Assembly: GCA_046758705.1 (NCBI GenBank)
Contig: JBHIAT010000084.1
Span: forward strand, 1 to 14,952
Direction: 5' to 3'
Origin: Candidatus Bipolaricaulia bacterium
GTDB lineage: Bacteria; Bipolaricaulota; Bipolaricaulia; JBHIAT01
DNA length: 14,952 bases
Part shown: positions 14,889 through 14,952 of the stretch, one piece after another
Position numbering within the stretch: the first letter of the stretch is position 1
How the letters are laid out: each line of letters starts with the position of its first letter
Made by a program: the position numbers and the translations under genes
The notes under the pieces: generated by a model
What the model was told of the DNA's origin: nothing
Databases searched by the model: none
What the model saw: the letters and a program-made list of their open reading frames with translations, nothing else

Positions 14889-14920
14889 ACATGCCGCGCA
14901 TCCCGTCGTTGGAATGCCAG

Positions 14921-14940
14921 CGTCCACCTGGTCGTGGACG
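14921..14940 (+). terminator. Possible terminator hairpin after the regulator
   Basis: CGTCCAC-ctggtc-GTGGACG, a 7-bp perfect stem, with only a weak U-tract. Confidence 0.3.
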
Positions 14941-14952
14941 GTTGAGGTTTGA

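Noticed and set aside
13665-14927. 420-aa minus-strand ORF
   Set aside because: Antisense shadow of the PAS-SARP gene with no recognisable motifs.

Overview
Bacterial (probably diderm) genomic window with three blocks. (1) 1-4233 (+): a surface-protein operon with a repeat-rich, tail-fibre-like protein (5' end outside the window), a secreted PKD/Ig protein ending in a type IX secretion (T9SS) CTD-like tail, and a PorV/PorQ-like beta-barrel. (2) 4259-9309 (-): a class III aminotransferase and an acyl-CoA synthetase between two type II toxin-antitoxin modules. One PIN toxin carries an in-frame TGA, and the 5.1-5.3 kb spacer appears to hold further toxin fragments. (3) 9412-14888 (+): a nitrite/NO module with a small Cys/His protein, cytochrome cd1 nitrite reductase (nirS), an internally shortened CopD-like gene, an NnrS-like membrane protein, a hemerythrin-domain protein and a Cys-rich PAS-wHTH-BTAD (SARP-type) regulator. 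The most notable unannotated structure is a diverged ~230-bp direct repeat (9613-9851 and 13482-13706) bracketing the nirS cassette. It gives nirS and the regulator homologous promoters with a 34-bp identical core containing a GGCAT-N5-ATGCC palindrome, which occurs a third time at the regulator's stop codon. All family calls come from motif recognition by eye; no searches were run.
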